Source of the DNA: Octopus bimaculoides
Lineage: Eukaryota
Direction: 5' to 3'
DNA: 41,580 nucleotides
NCBI RefSeq assembly: GCF_001194135.2
Contig: NC_068984.1
Coordinates: 134,101,098 to 134,142,677, forward strand
Shown: piece by piece, positions 23,675 through 33,671 of the stretch
Position numbering within the stretch: the stretch's first letter is position 1
Layout of the letters: every line of letters starts with the position of its first letter
Translations under genes and position numbers: made by a program
Notes under the pieces: model-generated
The model's input: the letters and a program-made list of their open reading frames with translations, nothing else
What the model was told of the DNA's origin: nothing
The model's database searches: none

Positions 23675-26600
23675 NNNNNNNNNNNNNNNNNNNNNNNNNN
23701 NNNNNNNNNNNNNNNNNNNNNNNNNNNNNNNNNNNNNNNNNNNNNNNNNNNNNNNNNNNNNNNNNNNNNNNNNNNNNNNNNNNNNNNNNNNNNNNNNNNN
23801 NNNNNNNNNNNNNNNNNNNNNNNNNNNNNNNNNNNNNNNNNNNNNNNNNNNNNNNNNNNNNNNNNNNNNNNNNNNNNNNNNNNNNNNNNNNNNNNNNNNN
23901 NNNNNNNNNNNNNNNNNNNNNNNNNNNNNNNNNNNNNNNNNNNNNNNNNNNNNNNNNNNNNNNNNNNNNNNNNNNNNNNNNNNNNNNNNNNNNNNNNNNN
24001 NNNNNNNNNNNNNNNNNNNNNNNNNNNNNNNNNNNNNNNNNNNNNNNNNNNNNNNNNNNNNNNNNNNNNNNNNNNNNNNNNNNNNNNNATATATATATAT
24101 ATATATATACTCTTTTACTCATTTCAGCCATGCGGCCGTGGTCATGCTGGAGCACCACCATAGTCTTTCTGACTTCCTCAGTCTGGGTGTTTCACATCAC
24201 CACTCCCATTTGTGCCTTTGTCCCAGCTGTTGGTACATTTGGTGTATAAGGAAGTTTGATTCTGCTGCCATATGTACCTTTTGTCTTTCACTTGTTCAGT
24301 TATTGGACTGTTGCCATGCTGGAACACCACCTTGAAGGGTTCAAGCTCAACAAACCGACCCCAGTACTAATTTATTTAATTAAAGTTTGCTATCCTGGTA
24401 TCTGGTTCTTCTTCTATATGGCTTTTTGGTGAACATAAACAAACCAACACTGGTGGTCAAGTGGTGGCGGTGGGTAGGTGGGAGGACCAACACACTCACA
24501 CACACATGTATGCACACACACACATGTATGCACACACACACACACATATATAACCACAAGAAGCTTCTTTCAGTTTCTGTCTACCAAATCTACTTAGAAG
24601 GCTTTTGTTGGTATGAGCTATGTAGAAGACACTTGCCTAAGGTGCTACACAGTGGGACTGAATCGGAGACCACATGGTTATGAAGCAAGCTTTTTCAACC
24701 ACACAGCCATACCTGCACCTATGTCAACGTGTGTGTGTGTGTGTGTGTGTATATATATTATTCAAAAGAATTCCAACTCTGTCCGTTTTTTATGTTTTAT
24801 TTATATTCTTATAAGATTAATGTGGGATATAGAATATGGAATATATAGTATATATAGTAAAATGAAATGAAGTATTGAATGTCTTATTGAATAAAAGAAA
24901 TATTGAATATTAAATATATTAGGACTAGTATACTTTCCTGCTTTCTAGCAGTCTTCAAGGTCCCGTGTGACAGAAATATATATATATATATATATTATTA
25001 AAAAAATGGCAAAAATTCATATATTAATTAATATCGATTAATTACCAGGAAGCTAGCACATTTAAAAAATCAAAAAGATTCAGAAACAGTATCTGCAATC
25101 TCAGGGGATTAAAGNNNNNNNNNNNNNNNNNNNNNNNNNNNNNNNNNNNNNNNNTATATGACGTTGACCACTAACGTGGACATTTAATGTGCTAGAAATA
25201 GATCACATCTTGTGTCTAAAAAGACCTAAATTGTTCTCAACATGAAATATAGCGTGATACCAAAACGTATTCGGTGATTTTCAATGTCTTGCCTGCTTAC
25301 GTTTTGGTATCACGTTATATTTCATGTTGAGAACAATTTAGGTTTTTTTAGACACAAGATGTGATCTATTTCTAGCACATTAAATGTCCACGTTAGTGGT
25401 CAACGTCATATATATATATATATAGATGAGAGGGTACCCAAAAGTAACTGGAAATGTTCTCTGTGGGACAAACCCAATGTAGTTCAGGTTTCTGCCACTA
25501 GAAGCCACTTGATGAGACCCTCAGGCAACAGTCTGCCAACTGGCCCCATTGAGTGAAGTCGTGCTGCCATGTGGTGCGTCCTTGTTTTGCAGTGCTTCTA
25601 CCCTGTTTGTCGACTTTTGTGATGATTGAAGCAAAGGAACAACATGCTCCCATGAAATTTTGTTTTCTGCTGGGGAAAATGGTGGCCAAAACAGTTGTCC
25701 TGCTTCAAACAGCTTACAAGGGTGCTGCTTACAAATAGTTTTCATGCTTTAGGAATGGTCACTTGAAGACCAACATCATTTAGGGCAACCATCGATCTCC
25801 TGAACGAATGAAAACATCATGAAAATTAAAAACTGATCTGGGAGGACCCTTGCCAAACATCTGACGAACTTGTTGCTATGACTGGTGTGTGTCCTGGAGC
25901 CCCTGCCAACGAATTTTTGAGTGAGGAATTGCAAATGAAAAGAGCTGTAGCAAAATTTGTGCCTCCCTAGCTCACGGAAGATCAAAAGCAGTCACAACTG
26001 AATGCGTGTCGTGAACTGAAAGAACAGTTGGAAGTTGATCTGAACCTTTATCTGAAGGTCATCACTGGTGACTGAAGCTGGTGCTACAGCTGTAATACAG
26101 AAACAAAGTAGCAATGAAGTCAATGAAAGCATTCAATGTCACCATTCCCTAAAAGAGTACGTCAAGTGAAGTCCAATGTTAAGATGATACTGATTTGTAA
26201 TAGAATGTCTGCTAGTCGAGTAATATCTGCTAGTCATGTTGCTTCAGTAAACTTGACATATTTCAAGAGAAAATAGCTTAAAACAAGACATTCTTCAACA
26301 AAAGATAGATTGGTATATAAAACTGCTTTCTGTAGTTAAAGGTAATGAAATTTTGAGTGGATAATTTTTTTGTTTTTTATAGTTTCAGCTTAGAGATGCG
26401 GCCATGCTGATGCACCGCCGTGTAAGTGTGCGATGCTTACAGCACCTAGGTTTCCCAAGCGGTCACCCATCTAAGTACTCACTAGGCTCGACGTTGCTTA
26501 ACTTCGGTGATCAGACGAGAACCGGTGCTCTCAGCGTGATATGGCCGTAAGCCATATGTCTACTTTCCACATAAGAAAGGGTTAAGTCTGTCTGCTTGAT

Positions 26601-28818
26601 CAGGCTTGAGCAGTGAATAAACAACAATAATAATTACAAACATCATGGTTACCTTTAGGCCCCAGAATTTTTCATTTTATCTCTCATACTGAACAAAGTC
26701 CAGTCAAACTGGGGTAGGGTATAAAAGCATTTCCTGTCATAGAAATGCTTATGAGTCTTTCTCAGGAACATATCACAATGGCTTTAGATGCACCAAAGTT
26801 TGAACTCATGACCAAGTATGTACTTAGTGCCTCAACCATATTGTATTTCGTTTCAGTCATTAGAATATGGCCATGCTGGGGCACCACCTTGAAGAATTTT
26901 TTTAGTCGAATGAATCAACCCCAGTACTTATATTTTTTAAAGTCTGATACTTATTCTATCAGTCTCTTTTGCTAAACTGCAAAGTTATGAGGACATAAAC
27001 CCACCAACACCAGTTGTCAAGTGGTAGTGGAGGATAAACACAGACACACACACATATCTATATACATGACAACCTTCTTTCAGTTTTCTTCTACCAAAAT
27101 CTACTCACAAGGCTTTTGTCAGTCTAAGGCTACATAGTAGAAGACATTTGCTCAACTTGCCATGGAGTGGGACTGAACCCAGGACCATGTGGTTGAGAAG
27201 CGAACTTCTTACCATACAGCCATGCCTGTAAATCCATAATATTTCTTGTATATTTTATTTTTTCTTCTTCTCTGATGTATCGTCTGTCTGAACCTGTTAT
27301 GTATCTGTGGTTATTCTTGATTGAGCAGTCATATGGTATGTTGGCAATCAATTTTCTTTTTCTTAATCTGGAGAGAAAAGTAGTTCTCATGATCTTTTAG
27401 AGGGCCTCCTAGAGCATGGAAGAAAGGGATGAAAGTAACCTCAAGTCAGAGACTTAGTCTGAATGATTGCAATAAAGTGGAACGCGATAAAGGTACCCAA
27501 GATATCAGGTGGGGGTATGATGGAGTGATAGATTAACCCCGCCACTAAGCAGGCCTCAGTCAGATTAGAAAACAAAGAGCTGGAATAAAAACACAAGGCA
27601 TCTTATTTTATACTCTAATGTTTCTATATTTAAGGCAGCGTGTAATTTGAAGGAGATTTGGTCGTGGGGCTCGTAAAAGTTCTTTCTCTTTTGCCTGTCT
27701 ACTACAACAACACTAGAAAATTAGTGTTCGTAACAATTCCTAGCTCATGGGACTGCCCTATTCCATTAACCACACGAAATCTTCAAACTGTACAGCCTAA
27801 AATGACTGCTTTTTGATGTGGTGGTACAGCACCACGTCGTTAAGAGATGAAAAAAAAAACAAAAAAACCTGAATCCATATGGTAATGTTGCTGATGCCAT
27901 TCTGCAACAAGTTCTTCTATTCACCAACGATTTCGAAAACGAACCCAGGTGAAGTGAATAAATGCGAATATCAAGTGAAAATACAACTTGTGACAGACGC
28001 TTATTTCTGCTGTACTAAATAGTGAGCGGCACTAAACAAGTCCAACATGCGAAAGAGATTTCTAATAGAGATATAAAGAAGTGAGGGAAAACTGGACAGC
28101 TGCAACATTCATACTTTTCCTATATGGAAGAAAAGTGAATTGGTTTCAAACAACAATCGAAAATAACCTTTATCATCAGTGTAACAGGAGTTAAGCTCTA
28201 TTTAAAGCACTTCCCCCTTTATTACAGTTGAAGTATTTATGTGCCAAAATTAAATAATCTATAAAACAGTAGTCATTAGAATTTCCTGACGGTAAAATGT
28301 TAACTGTAATCAAGAAAGCAGGTAGTTATACTAGTTCACGAAGTTAAAGGAAACTTACAAAATATGTACGCGGGAACCGGTAAAAAGTCTACCTAATTGC
28401 TTTAACGCTCCTTAAATAATTAGAGTGCAGGGATGAGGGTGGGTTAACTACAAAGACACCCACTCACGAGACATAAGAATAAATAATAGGATTATGTGTA
28501 ATTTTCTTCTTTCCCGTGTGCTTCTATACTAGTTTAAAACAAGGGTATCACGCGAATATCAAACCTGGGGACTTATATGGAAATAACGCGCATTTCCTGT
28601 AGGGAACACACATCACTTACAAATAATAGTCGATACCACATTACTGTAGAGTTGACGTAACATATTGAAACTATTAACAATATTGTCTGGAATGATTCCA
28701 TATGAACAATACGGAGTTATACGATTTTAAATTATCCTAATGCGTATGGGATATAAAATCGAAGTGATTTACCTTTGCTTAATTCAGCACCTGGTACCTG
28801 GCTTGTGGCAGTTTCCAT
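756..28818 (-). CDS. GGT7: Gamma-glutamyltranspeptidase / glutathione hydrolase, GGT7-like; 5' six coding exons, gene continues beyond the left edge
   Basis: Six GT-AG exons join in compatible phases (1,2,0,2,0) into [210 protein letters not shown] family motifs [23 protein letters not shown] and VAVPGE are present. The long cytosolic N-terminus and IYxGDP after the TM anchor resemble vertebrate GGT7; the subfamily label is less certain than the family. Confidence 0.9.
1173..1249 (-). ncRNA. Minimal type I hammerhead ribozyme fold B, intact core
   Basis: Minus strand: stem I AUUG/CAAU (4 bp, then a mismatch and C-G); CUGAAGA (1243-1237); stem II AAUUAUGGAU/AUCCAUAUUU (9 of 10 pairs); GAAA (1190-1187); palindromic stem III ACAUAUGU; triplet GUA (1181-1179). 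Confidence 0.7.
1369..1620 (+). repeat. RTE-derived 3' tail repeat with an internal 26 bp minisatellite
   Basis: About six units of aaaagcactggtgYtggtgccacata, then cagtacactttgt...ggttagcattaggaaagacattcaacag, which matches the tails at 8660-8990, 12600-12880 and 30590-30810. Confidence 0.7.
2029..2152 (-). CDS. GGT7: GGT7-like coding exon 5
   Basis: aacag acceptor, gtatgg donor, 124 nt; [41 protein letters not shown]. Confidence 0.96.
2330..2366 (-). ncRNA. Degenerate minimal hammerhead fold C in a probable Penelope pLTR fragment (about 2240-2450)
   Basis: UCUUU-CUGUUGA-A-GAGC-GUA-GCUC-GAAA-CG-UU-AAAGA: 5 bp stem I, 4 bp stem II, palindromic AACGUU stem III. The core has A6 to U, so it is probably inactive. 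Confidence 0.55.
2630..2781 (-). CDS. GGT7: GGT7-like coding exon 4
   Basis: cag acceptor, gtaagt donor, 152 nt; VLPHGG...[28 protein letters not shown], a hallmark GGT segment. Confidence 0.96.
3408..3480 (+). ncRNA. Minimal hammerhead fold D (antisense to GGT gene)
   Basis: Stem I UAUUUCG/CGAAAUA (7 bp); CUGAUGA (3415-3421); distal stem II GCAAAAUA/UGUUUUGC but a poorly paired base; GAAA (3463-3466); stem III ACCUGGU; triplet GUU (3471-3473). Confidence 0.5.
3630..3950 (-). mobile_element. SINE family A, two tandem partial copies
   Basis: gggcttctttcagtttccatctgccaaatccactcacaaggctttggtc... is the reverse complement of the SINE A body at 14856-15020. Confidence 0.75.
4245..4503 (-). mobile_element. 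SINE family A 3' half (young, CpG-rich)
   Basis: Reverse complement of the tail at 15060-15256, ending in the internal (TA)/(CA) microsatellite and a gap. Confidence 0.85.
4830..6045 (+). mobile_element. Mariner (DD34D) transposon, transposase pseudogene about 5030-6010
   Basis: TA followed by a mariner-like left TIR ttgggtcatcccataaataatgc; motifs WVPHKL, TGDEKW, LLSVWWD and [16 protein letters not shown]; multiple stops and frameshifts; the right end is lost in a gap. Confidence 0.93.
6732..7036 (+). mobile_element. Non-autonomous hAT element retaining a transposase C-terminal remnant
   Basis: Right TIR ttaatccggccttg and a degenerate left TIR cagcactagatcaa; 8 bp flanks caccaagt / cccaaagt (6 of 8 match); internal [22 protein letters not shown] (frameshifted) resembles the end of the hAT dimerisation domain. 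Confidence 0.65.
7245..8010 (+). mobile_element. SINE family A with a SINE family B copy (about 7388-7620) nested inside
   Basis: The SINE A head and body are interrupted at actgaaagaa, which is duplicated on both sides of a complete SINE B (gaggcggcgagctagcag...aataaagaaat); SINE A resumes at gcccgtc, then microsatellite, then tail. Confidence 0.85.
8660..8990 (-). mobile_element. RTE-type 3' tail repeat ending in (GAT)n
   Basis: Reverse complement reads ...ggttggcgttaggaagggcatccagctgtagaaac...ccatgctagcatggaaagcagacgttaaacgatgatg; same family as 12600-12880 and 19520-19680. Confidence 0.75.
9343..9451 (-). CDS. GGT7: GGT7-like coding exon 3 (type II signal-anchor TM helix)
   Basis: cag acceptor, gtaagt donor, 109 nt; [36 protein letters not shown]. 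Confidence 0.9.
11131..11229. mobile_element. Mariner-type MITE, about 99 bp
   Basis: About 20 bp TIRs ttagtttggtgtcaacatt / aatgttgacaccaaataa flanked by TA on both sides. Confidence 0.65.
11560..11700 (+). mobile_element. RTE-clade LINE ORF C-terminal remnant
   Basis: [29 protein letters not shown] resembles the RTE C-terminal IEEDL...AQDRxxW motif. Confidence 0.5.
12490..12880 (+). mobile_element. RTE LINE 3' end (ORF terminus plus 3' UTR)
   Basis: Degenerate GPTEGM...[11 protein letters not shown] end followed by the shared ggcattaggaagggcacccagcc...ccaacatggaaaacagatgttaaatgatgac tail. Confidence 0.6.
13323..14435. repeat. Compound (TA)n/(TACA)n/(CA)n microsatellite spanning an assembly gap
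   Basis: Directly visible; it produces the spurious YIYI/HTHT ORFs. Confidence 0.97.
14672..14785. repeat. Isolated imperfect hairpin, about 50 bp stem with 8 nt loop
   Basis: cctgatctcttcagcaattctccatcccatgtgtctcttcctgttctgtttag-aggatgga-ctaaacagaacaggaggaaacgtgggatggagagttgctgaagaggtcacagg; the inner 15 bp are perfect. Confidence 0.85.
14856..15256 (+). mobile_element. Full-length tRNA-derived SINE family A
   Basis: A-box-like tggctgtgtggt, B-box-like ggttcagtccc, body, internal TA/TG microsatellite, tail ggcggtgctccagcatggccacagtcaaatgactgaaacaagtaaaag. Further copies lie at about 590-720, 12290-12410, 18090-18320, 19165-19310, 21985-22380, 24290-24720, 26850-27225 and 40365-40790. Confidence 0.88.
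15567..15690 (-). CDS. GGT7: GGT7-like coding exon 2 (cytosolic tail)
   Basis: ttttgtag acceptor, gtaagt donor, 124 nt open frame [10 protein letters not shown]...[16 protein letters not shown]; ends in phase 2, completing AAG with the next exon. Confidence 0.78.
16104..16270 (+). mobile_element. tRNA-derived SINE family C inserted into a SINE A tail
   Basis: Head ggaggcgcaatggcccagtggttagggc (A box) ... gtttcgattccc (B box), followed by a non-tRNA body; it interrupts a minus-strand SINE A fragment. Confidence 0.75.
19313..19680. mobile_element. Two RTE 3'-end copies in inverted orientation
   Basis: 19313-19515 is a minus copy including the ORF end ([14 protein letters not shown]); 19520-19680 is a plus copy; the shared tail segments are mutually complementary. 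Confidence 0.7.
20052..20797 (-). mobile_element. Internally deleted ISL2EU-like (PIF/Harbinger-related) DNA transposon with SAP + SWIM ORF remnant
   Basis: TIRs agggctttcctataag(gtgttatc) / (gataacctact)cttataggaaagccct flanked by AT on both sides (a TA reading is also possible). ORF from ATG 20690: [42 protein letters not shown] (SAP-like), then after the gap [21 protein letters not shown] (first half of a SWIM finger). Confidence 0.72.
21222..21555 (+). mobile_element. tRNA-derived SINE family D
   Basis: tRNA-like head (agtagttagagc...gttcgattccc), the gtgtccttgagcaagacacttta motif common to many animal SINE bodies, and a distinct 3' tail. Confidence 0.65.
23230..23540. mobile_element. 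About 310 bp imperfect palindrome (inverted Penelope-type pLTR) with a hammerhead motif in each arm
   Basis: Arms pair around a loop at 23392-23398, with a roughly 20 nt indel near 23287-23308. Minus arm: CUGAUGA-AGGGAUAU-CCCUC-AUAUCCCU-GAAA-CAGCUG-UA (23349-23310). Plus arm: UUGAUGA-AAGGAUAU-CCAUA-AUAUCCCA-GAAA-CAGCUG-UA (23441-23480). Confidence 0.75.
25155..25412. mobile_element. Fold-back element / palindromic MITE: 115 bp arms, 28 bp spacer, 2 mismatches
   Basis: 25155-25269 is the reverse complement of 25298-25412 except at two positions; it sits in a TA run beside a gap. Confidence 0.88.
25426..26197 (+). mobile_element. Second mariner family, 5' fragment, pseudogenised
   Basis: TIR-like gagggtacccaaaagtaac; [47 protein letters not shown]; truncated after the first catalytic Asp. 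Confidence 0.85.
26365..26552 (-). mobile_element. 5S-headed SINE (SINE3-like): 5S + 15 nt linker + SINE A-type tail + A-rich end
   Basis: After the 5S comes atcgcacacttacac, then ggcggtgcatcagcatggccgcatctctaagctgaaac, then tataaaaaacaaaaaaa. The unit splits an older repeat whose uninterrupted homolog is at about 14520-14630. Confidence 0.7.
26435..26552 (-). rRNA. 5S rRNA-derived sequence (118 nt), no Pol III terminator; head of a candidate SINE3
   Basis: GCTTACGGCCATATCACGCTGAGAGCACCGGTTCTCGTCTGATCACCGAAGTTAAGCAACGTCGAGCCTAGTGAGTACTTAGATGGGTGACCGCTTGGGAAACCTAGGTGCTGTAAGC; box A and box C are recognisable and helix I is intact; no T4 run follows. Confidence 0.95.
28773..28818 (-). CDS. GGT7: GGT7-like putative first coding exon ([15 protein letters not shown] + 1 nt)
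   Basis: ATG at 28818 with an in-frame TAA upstream; donor AAG|gtaaat; phase 1 matches the next exon (G+AA = Glu). No motif support, so it rests on phase and position. Confidence 0.6.
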
Positions 28819-30000
28819 TCTCTCAACAGGTTGTCTGAAGACGAAAGCTCTTTAATGTACTCCGAGAATGAATACCTGAGATCAACTGTGTCGTCTCTTG
28901 CACTTTACCACTTATTAAATATAATACATCCGTATATACATACAAATATGCATTGTTATTCAACTATAAACAGAAATCACCTACATATATGTACATATAT
29001 ATATACTCACAGACCGGTTTGTATATTAAAAAAAATATATATATATTGTATATATAGGTAATATATGTCTATATACAGGGAGATAAGTTTTAGCTTTATG
29101 TCATCATGGCAAAAATCGAACCAAGAAATATTAATTCACTCAAACGGCTGGCTGTGACTTAGATCCAGCTAGTGTCAACAAAGGATGGCTGCGCGTATAT
29201 TAATTACCAGCCTACCTACTCACAGAATGAACGAGTTACTCCGCTTGTCGTTTACAACTGACAACTACAATTCACCTCAGCAATCAGACTAGTTCGCCGC
29301 TAATGAATGTGTCAACAGCCGTCCCTAATTAATGGATGAAAAAAGAAAACAAAGGAAAAAGAAAATCTGACCTTTCCTAGATAATAATTAGAAGGCAATG
29401 AGAAAAATGGGATAAATAATCTAACAGGTTGCTTGTGACTCGCTACGAGATCAACAAGGACAAGTTTCAATTAATTGACTGTGAGTGTTTACGGATAACC
29501 GGACCACTACTATATCAGTAGGTGATCTGATAGAATATTTCATATCAGTCCTTTATACTATGTGAAACTAAAAGAGCAACAACAAACCTCTATAATACTA
29601 TTACTGATTGCAGTCATGGGAAAAAGTTGAAAGTAATCGCTTTTTAAGTCTTAGCCGAAAACTTTTGTAGTAAACAGAAAACATGTGAGGACAGTTAAAT
29701 TTTCCCATGTGCCCATTGTAAAAGAAAAGAGTTAAGAATAGAAATAATAGGTTTGATGATGTCGTAACAGGGCGGAGTCATAATTAGCACTTTGTGTGTG
29801 TGTGTGTGTGTGTGTGCGTGCGCGCGAGCGTATTTCAGCGAACTGAATCCAAGCAGAGATTCCTTAAATCTATTTGTTTAAACCAGCTTTTCAAGAATAT
29901 TGTGGTGATCGTAATGCAACCCAGTTTAAGCTTTAGCGTTCATTATTTTTACCAATTTGTTGGACCAAGTGCTACATATATATAAAACGGAAACCTTAAC
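28776..30000 (-). promoter_or_regulatory. Probable 5' end / promoter region of the GGT7-like gene, with a candidate non-coding exon ending at 29224
   Basis: Repeat-poor and CpG-retaining relative to the introns; minus-strand donor gtgagt at 29223-29218 and cag acceptor at 28878-28876; (TG)n(CG)n tract at about 29793-29826. The TSS cannot be determined from sequence. Confidence 0.4.
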
Positions 30001-32799
30001 CCATAAAGCGCTAAGATTTCTGAGCACATTTTATGAAAATGAGACTACCATGCATACATAAAAAAAAAAAGAATATCTTCTTAGTATATAATGGTGGCAA
30101 GTTTTACATCATCTGAAAAGTCATTAGTTGAACTATTAGCCCTCTTGCATCCTGGTGGGTATCGGAGCGGTTGAGTGACATAAGACCCCCAACAAAAGCC
30201 CATAAATTAAATGCATCTATTTGGGCCATGATCGTGGCCCACCACACTTTATGTGTTAAAGCCCTCACACAATTTTCCTCAGTAGAATACAGTCCTAAAT
30301 AAGCTGTTTGCTTTTGTCCTTCCTCAGCAAAACTCAACCAAGCAAGAAGCTCTTTTCCTTTCTATAACTAGAACTCAACTAGAGTGGCAAGAGTCAGTCT
30401 GTTTCACTCAGTTGGTCTCAATATGAGTCTCACTCTTAATGAACAAGACACTAAAAACACTAAGCTGCTGTATTACATTTCCACTAGGTCATGCATATTA
30501 AATACTATTTCTACAGCACTTCCATGCTTTAACCCTTCATCTCCAAGTTTAAGGTGCCTCCCTCACCCTCCCTCAGGTTTTGTAGCCTTGCAAAGTGCAT
30601 GGCAACCTCAATAATGCTGGTGACATGAAAGAAATACTCAGTCCACACTTTAAAGTGGTTGGCATTAGGAAAGGTATCCAGCTATAGAAACCAACCCAAG
30701 GCAGACAATGGAGTATGATATGGTCCTTGGACCCATCAGATCCTGTTGAATTGATCAACCCATGCCAGCATGGAACATGGATACAAAATGATGATGATGA
30801 TGATGATGCCATTTAACTGAAACCTTGTTTTTAATTAATGTTGTAAATTGTTTTTTTTTTCTTGTAGGAATTACCCTCTCTTTCCAGTTTAACCCTTTCA
30901 TATTTAAACTGTCCATACCTGGCCCAAATATTCTACCCATTTTTATGTTCAAATTGACCAAATCCAGCCTATCACTCCTACCCTGCAATATCATTCTAAA
31001 AATGAACAATGACCTCATTGAAACCTCAAAGCTACAAGGTAATCTGTGATAAATTCAAAACAAGGTGAATAAATAAGCATCACGTTTAACAAAATAATCC
31101 GAATGTTAAAAGGTTAAATTTTTATGATCTTTAAGAGATAAATACATGCAACTTAACCGAACTGTGCTATCATATCTCTCAGAGTGGTAGAGACCTACCA
31201 TTTGATGATATGCAGGAAGTAAGAGCACACACATGTACTTACATTGAAACATATTTATTCTTCTCTCACACATTTGTTTTCTGCAATATAATTAGGGGAA
31301 TGTAGGATTATAGGTTTGTTTTGAGCAATATGCCTATCAAATAATTATTTTGGAACAAAAGATTTATTTTAACTTATTGTATTATTAATGGAATAGTTAT
31401 ACAAAATAAGATAACCCATTATATACTTGTCAAAAAAGAGTGAAGTAATAATTAGTCTGAATTAGTCACTGATGTCTTGCTAATCTTAAATAAGGAACAC
31501 TAGTGTTAGGGTTAGGGTTAGGTATAGAGTAGATTATTAAGGTGTCTACTCTGATTTCTCTCTTGTTCACTTACAAAGCAGAAAATAGTGGGTGTCATTA
31601 GTGCAGATGGATTTTAATTAAAGTACTTCAGAATTGTTACTGTGTGAAGTATAAAAGTGGATGGACGACTCAAGAGAGATTCAGCTCTTGTGAAGGATTG
31701 TGTCAAAGATTAATAGAAGGTTCTGATGATGGAGACTTTGTGGGAGTGATGTGAAGTGTTAAGTAAATAGAATGGTTTTAGCAAGGTAAACGGCTTAAGA
31801 TAAAGAACATAGAGTGGATTTATTTAAGGTCGACATAAAACTAATAGTTAGGTACAACAAGTGATTAGAACAGAATTCTCATTGTAATATTTCCAAAATG
31901 AAAGTGTAGGACTATCAGGAAATGAATTGATGATTGATAGCCTGTCACCAGCTCTGCAGAAGAGCCATGGCCAAACATGTAAGTGAAAGCCTCAAGTAAT
32001 CTTGCTATACATATTATGTTGTCAGATAAATTCTTTTTCTTTTTTGTATTTATTTTAATCCTTTCTTATGTTATTTACATTAACACATGTTGATTTCTAC
32101 TGTCAAGGCATTAGCAAACTAATGGAATGTTGGTCGAAGTTGTGAACAATGAAGGAGGACATAATATTGATTGATTTGCTAAAATTCTCTATGAAAAATC
32201 AGGATTAAAACAAATAGAATAAAAAGTGTATGGATTTATCTAACAACCAACAGATACCATGTGTAGGTACAGATTACTGCTATAAGCCCTATTATTTTGC
32301 TGGGGTGAGCTCAACTTTTTCTATGGTTCTAAGAGATATAATGAAAATCCAATCCAGTGTTCTGGTGCTTGTAACTTATATCATCTACAACATCAGTAAC
32401 AACATCTATAATACAAAAGAAAAATATCCTTATTGATCCGAAAATATTTAACAAATATGCATTTCTTTGTTTTGGTCTCTTCCACAATTTAAAATAATGA
32501 AAATAAGAATCAAGATGGAGGGTTGTTATAACCTGCAAATGGTATATCACTAGCACTGCAATGATCACTGGAGAAGTTGATCTCAGAATCAATAGAGAGA
32601 ACAATAAATATTTTAATATCCTGTTCCATCAGTTATACCTATGTGATTCAGTATATCGAAATATAAATAGACTGAGACAATAAATTTTATTGTGTTAAAA
32701 TTCTGAGATAATTTTTGATCACACACACACACACACACGCGTGTGTGTGTGTAACTGTGGTGCATGAGAAAATTCGATACATGTCAAATGCACAGAAGA

Positions 32800-33470
32800 G
32801 CGGCCAGTTCATGTCTGCCAAGACACAGGCAAACTGTTTGATCTGTGCCAAGCAGTTACTTAATAAAATTAAAACCCCTCATTAACATGACGTATTTTGG
32901 TTCTTCTCTTATAAGAAAACCTTCAACCAAGACCAAAAGTCTAACAGAAGAAATGATAAATATTTATGTGAAGATTTCTCTGATGTCCCCAAAGTGATGG
33001 AGACTAAGTTTCCAACAACTGTGATGGTTTCAGGAGTGGTGAGTAATGAAGGTCATTTCATGTCACTTCACATCTTTCCATGGGGTTTTAGAATTAATAT
33101 TGTTGGATGTGCTGAGGTGCTGGAGAGATTGTTAAGCCCTGGATGGATGAAGCATGCAGTGGAAGGCCATATATGTTTCAACAAGACTTAGCACTTTATC
33201 ACAAAGTCCACATAACCCAAGAACGAAAGTCAGACAATCTTTATGATCATATAAAACCAAACTTGTGGCCTCCATACTTGCCAGATCTAAATTCCATGAA
33301 GAACTACTTTTGGAGCATTGCTGAAAAGGACACTAATTAACATCCACACAATATCATGGCTTCACTGAAGGATTCACCGTTCAGGTAATGTCTAAAATGA
33401 ATAAAGACCACTTAGTGTAGGCATGTCAACAATTCTGGTCTCACATTGAAGGCAGATTCATCGAATAATC
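32800..33470 (+). mobile_element. Tc1/mariner superfamily (maT/DD37D-like) transposase remnant
   Basis: KFPTTVMVSGVVSNEG, RPYMFQQD, LWPPYLPDLN..YFWS with frameshifts and stops. Confidence 0.8.
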
Positions 33471-33671
33471 TCATAAGAAAGCTTATTGAGAGAGCAATGT
33501 GTAAAATTTCTTTTTATTATTAAAATACATTTGGTTTTTTCTAGATTAGAGTTGTTTTATCAAATTGCACACTATATACTCAAATGCCTCTCACACCTTC
33601 TATATCAGCAAAGTCATAGGATGAATCTGATAACTTTTATTTAGAAGAAAGTAGCTTGCTAGCTGGCTCTT

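Noticed and set aside
26435-26552. Functional 5S rRNA gene
   Set aside because: It is a single dispersed copy with no oligo-T terminator and a box C variant, and it is fused to a SINE tail.
30104-30337. Possible RTE remnant or exon (QIDAFNLW)
   Set aside because: Only one weak motif; too degenerate to call.
31506-31522. Interstitial telomeric repeat (TTAGGG)
   Set aside because: Under three units, which is expected by chance or from a repeat fragment.
32230-32604. Short overlapping ORFs as exons of a second gene
   Set aside because: No recognisable motif and no consistent splice-site pair.
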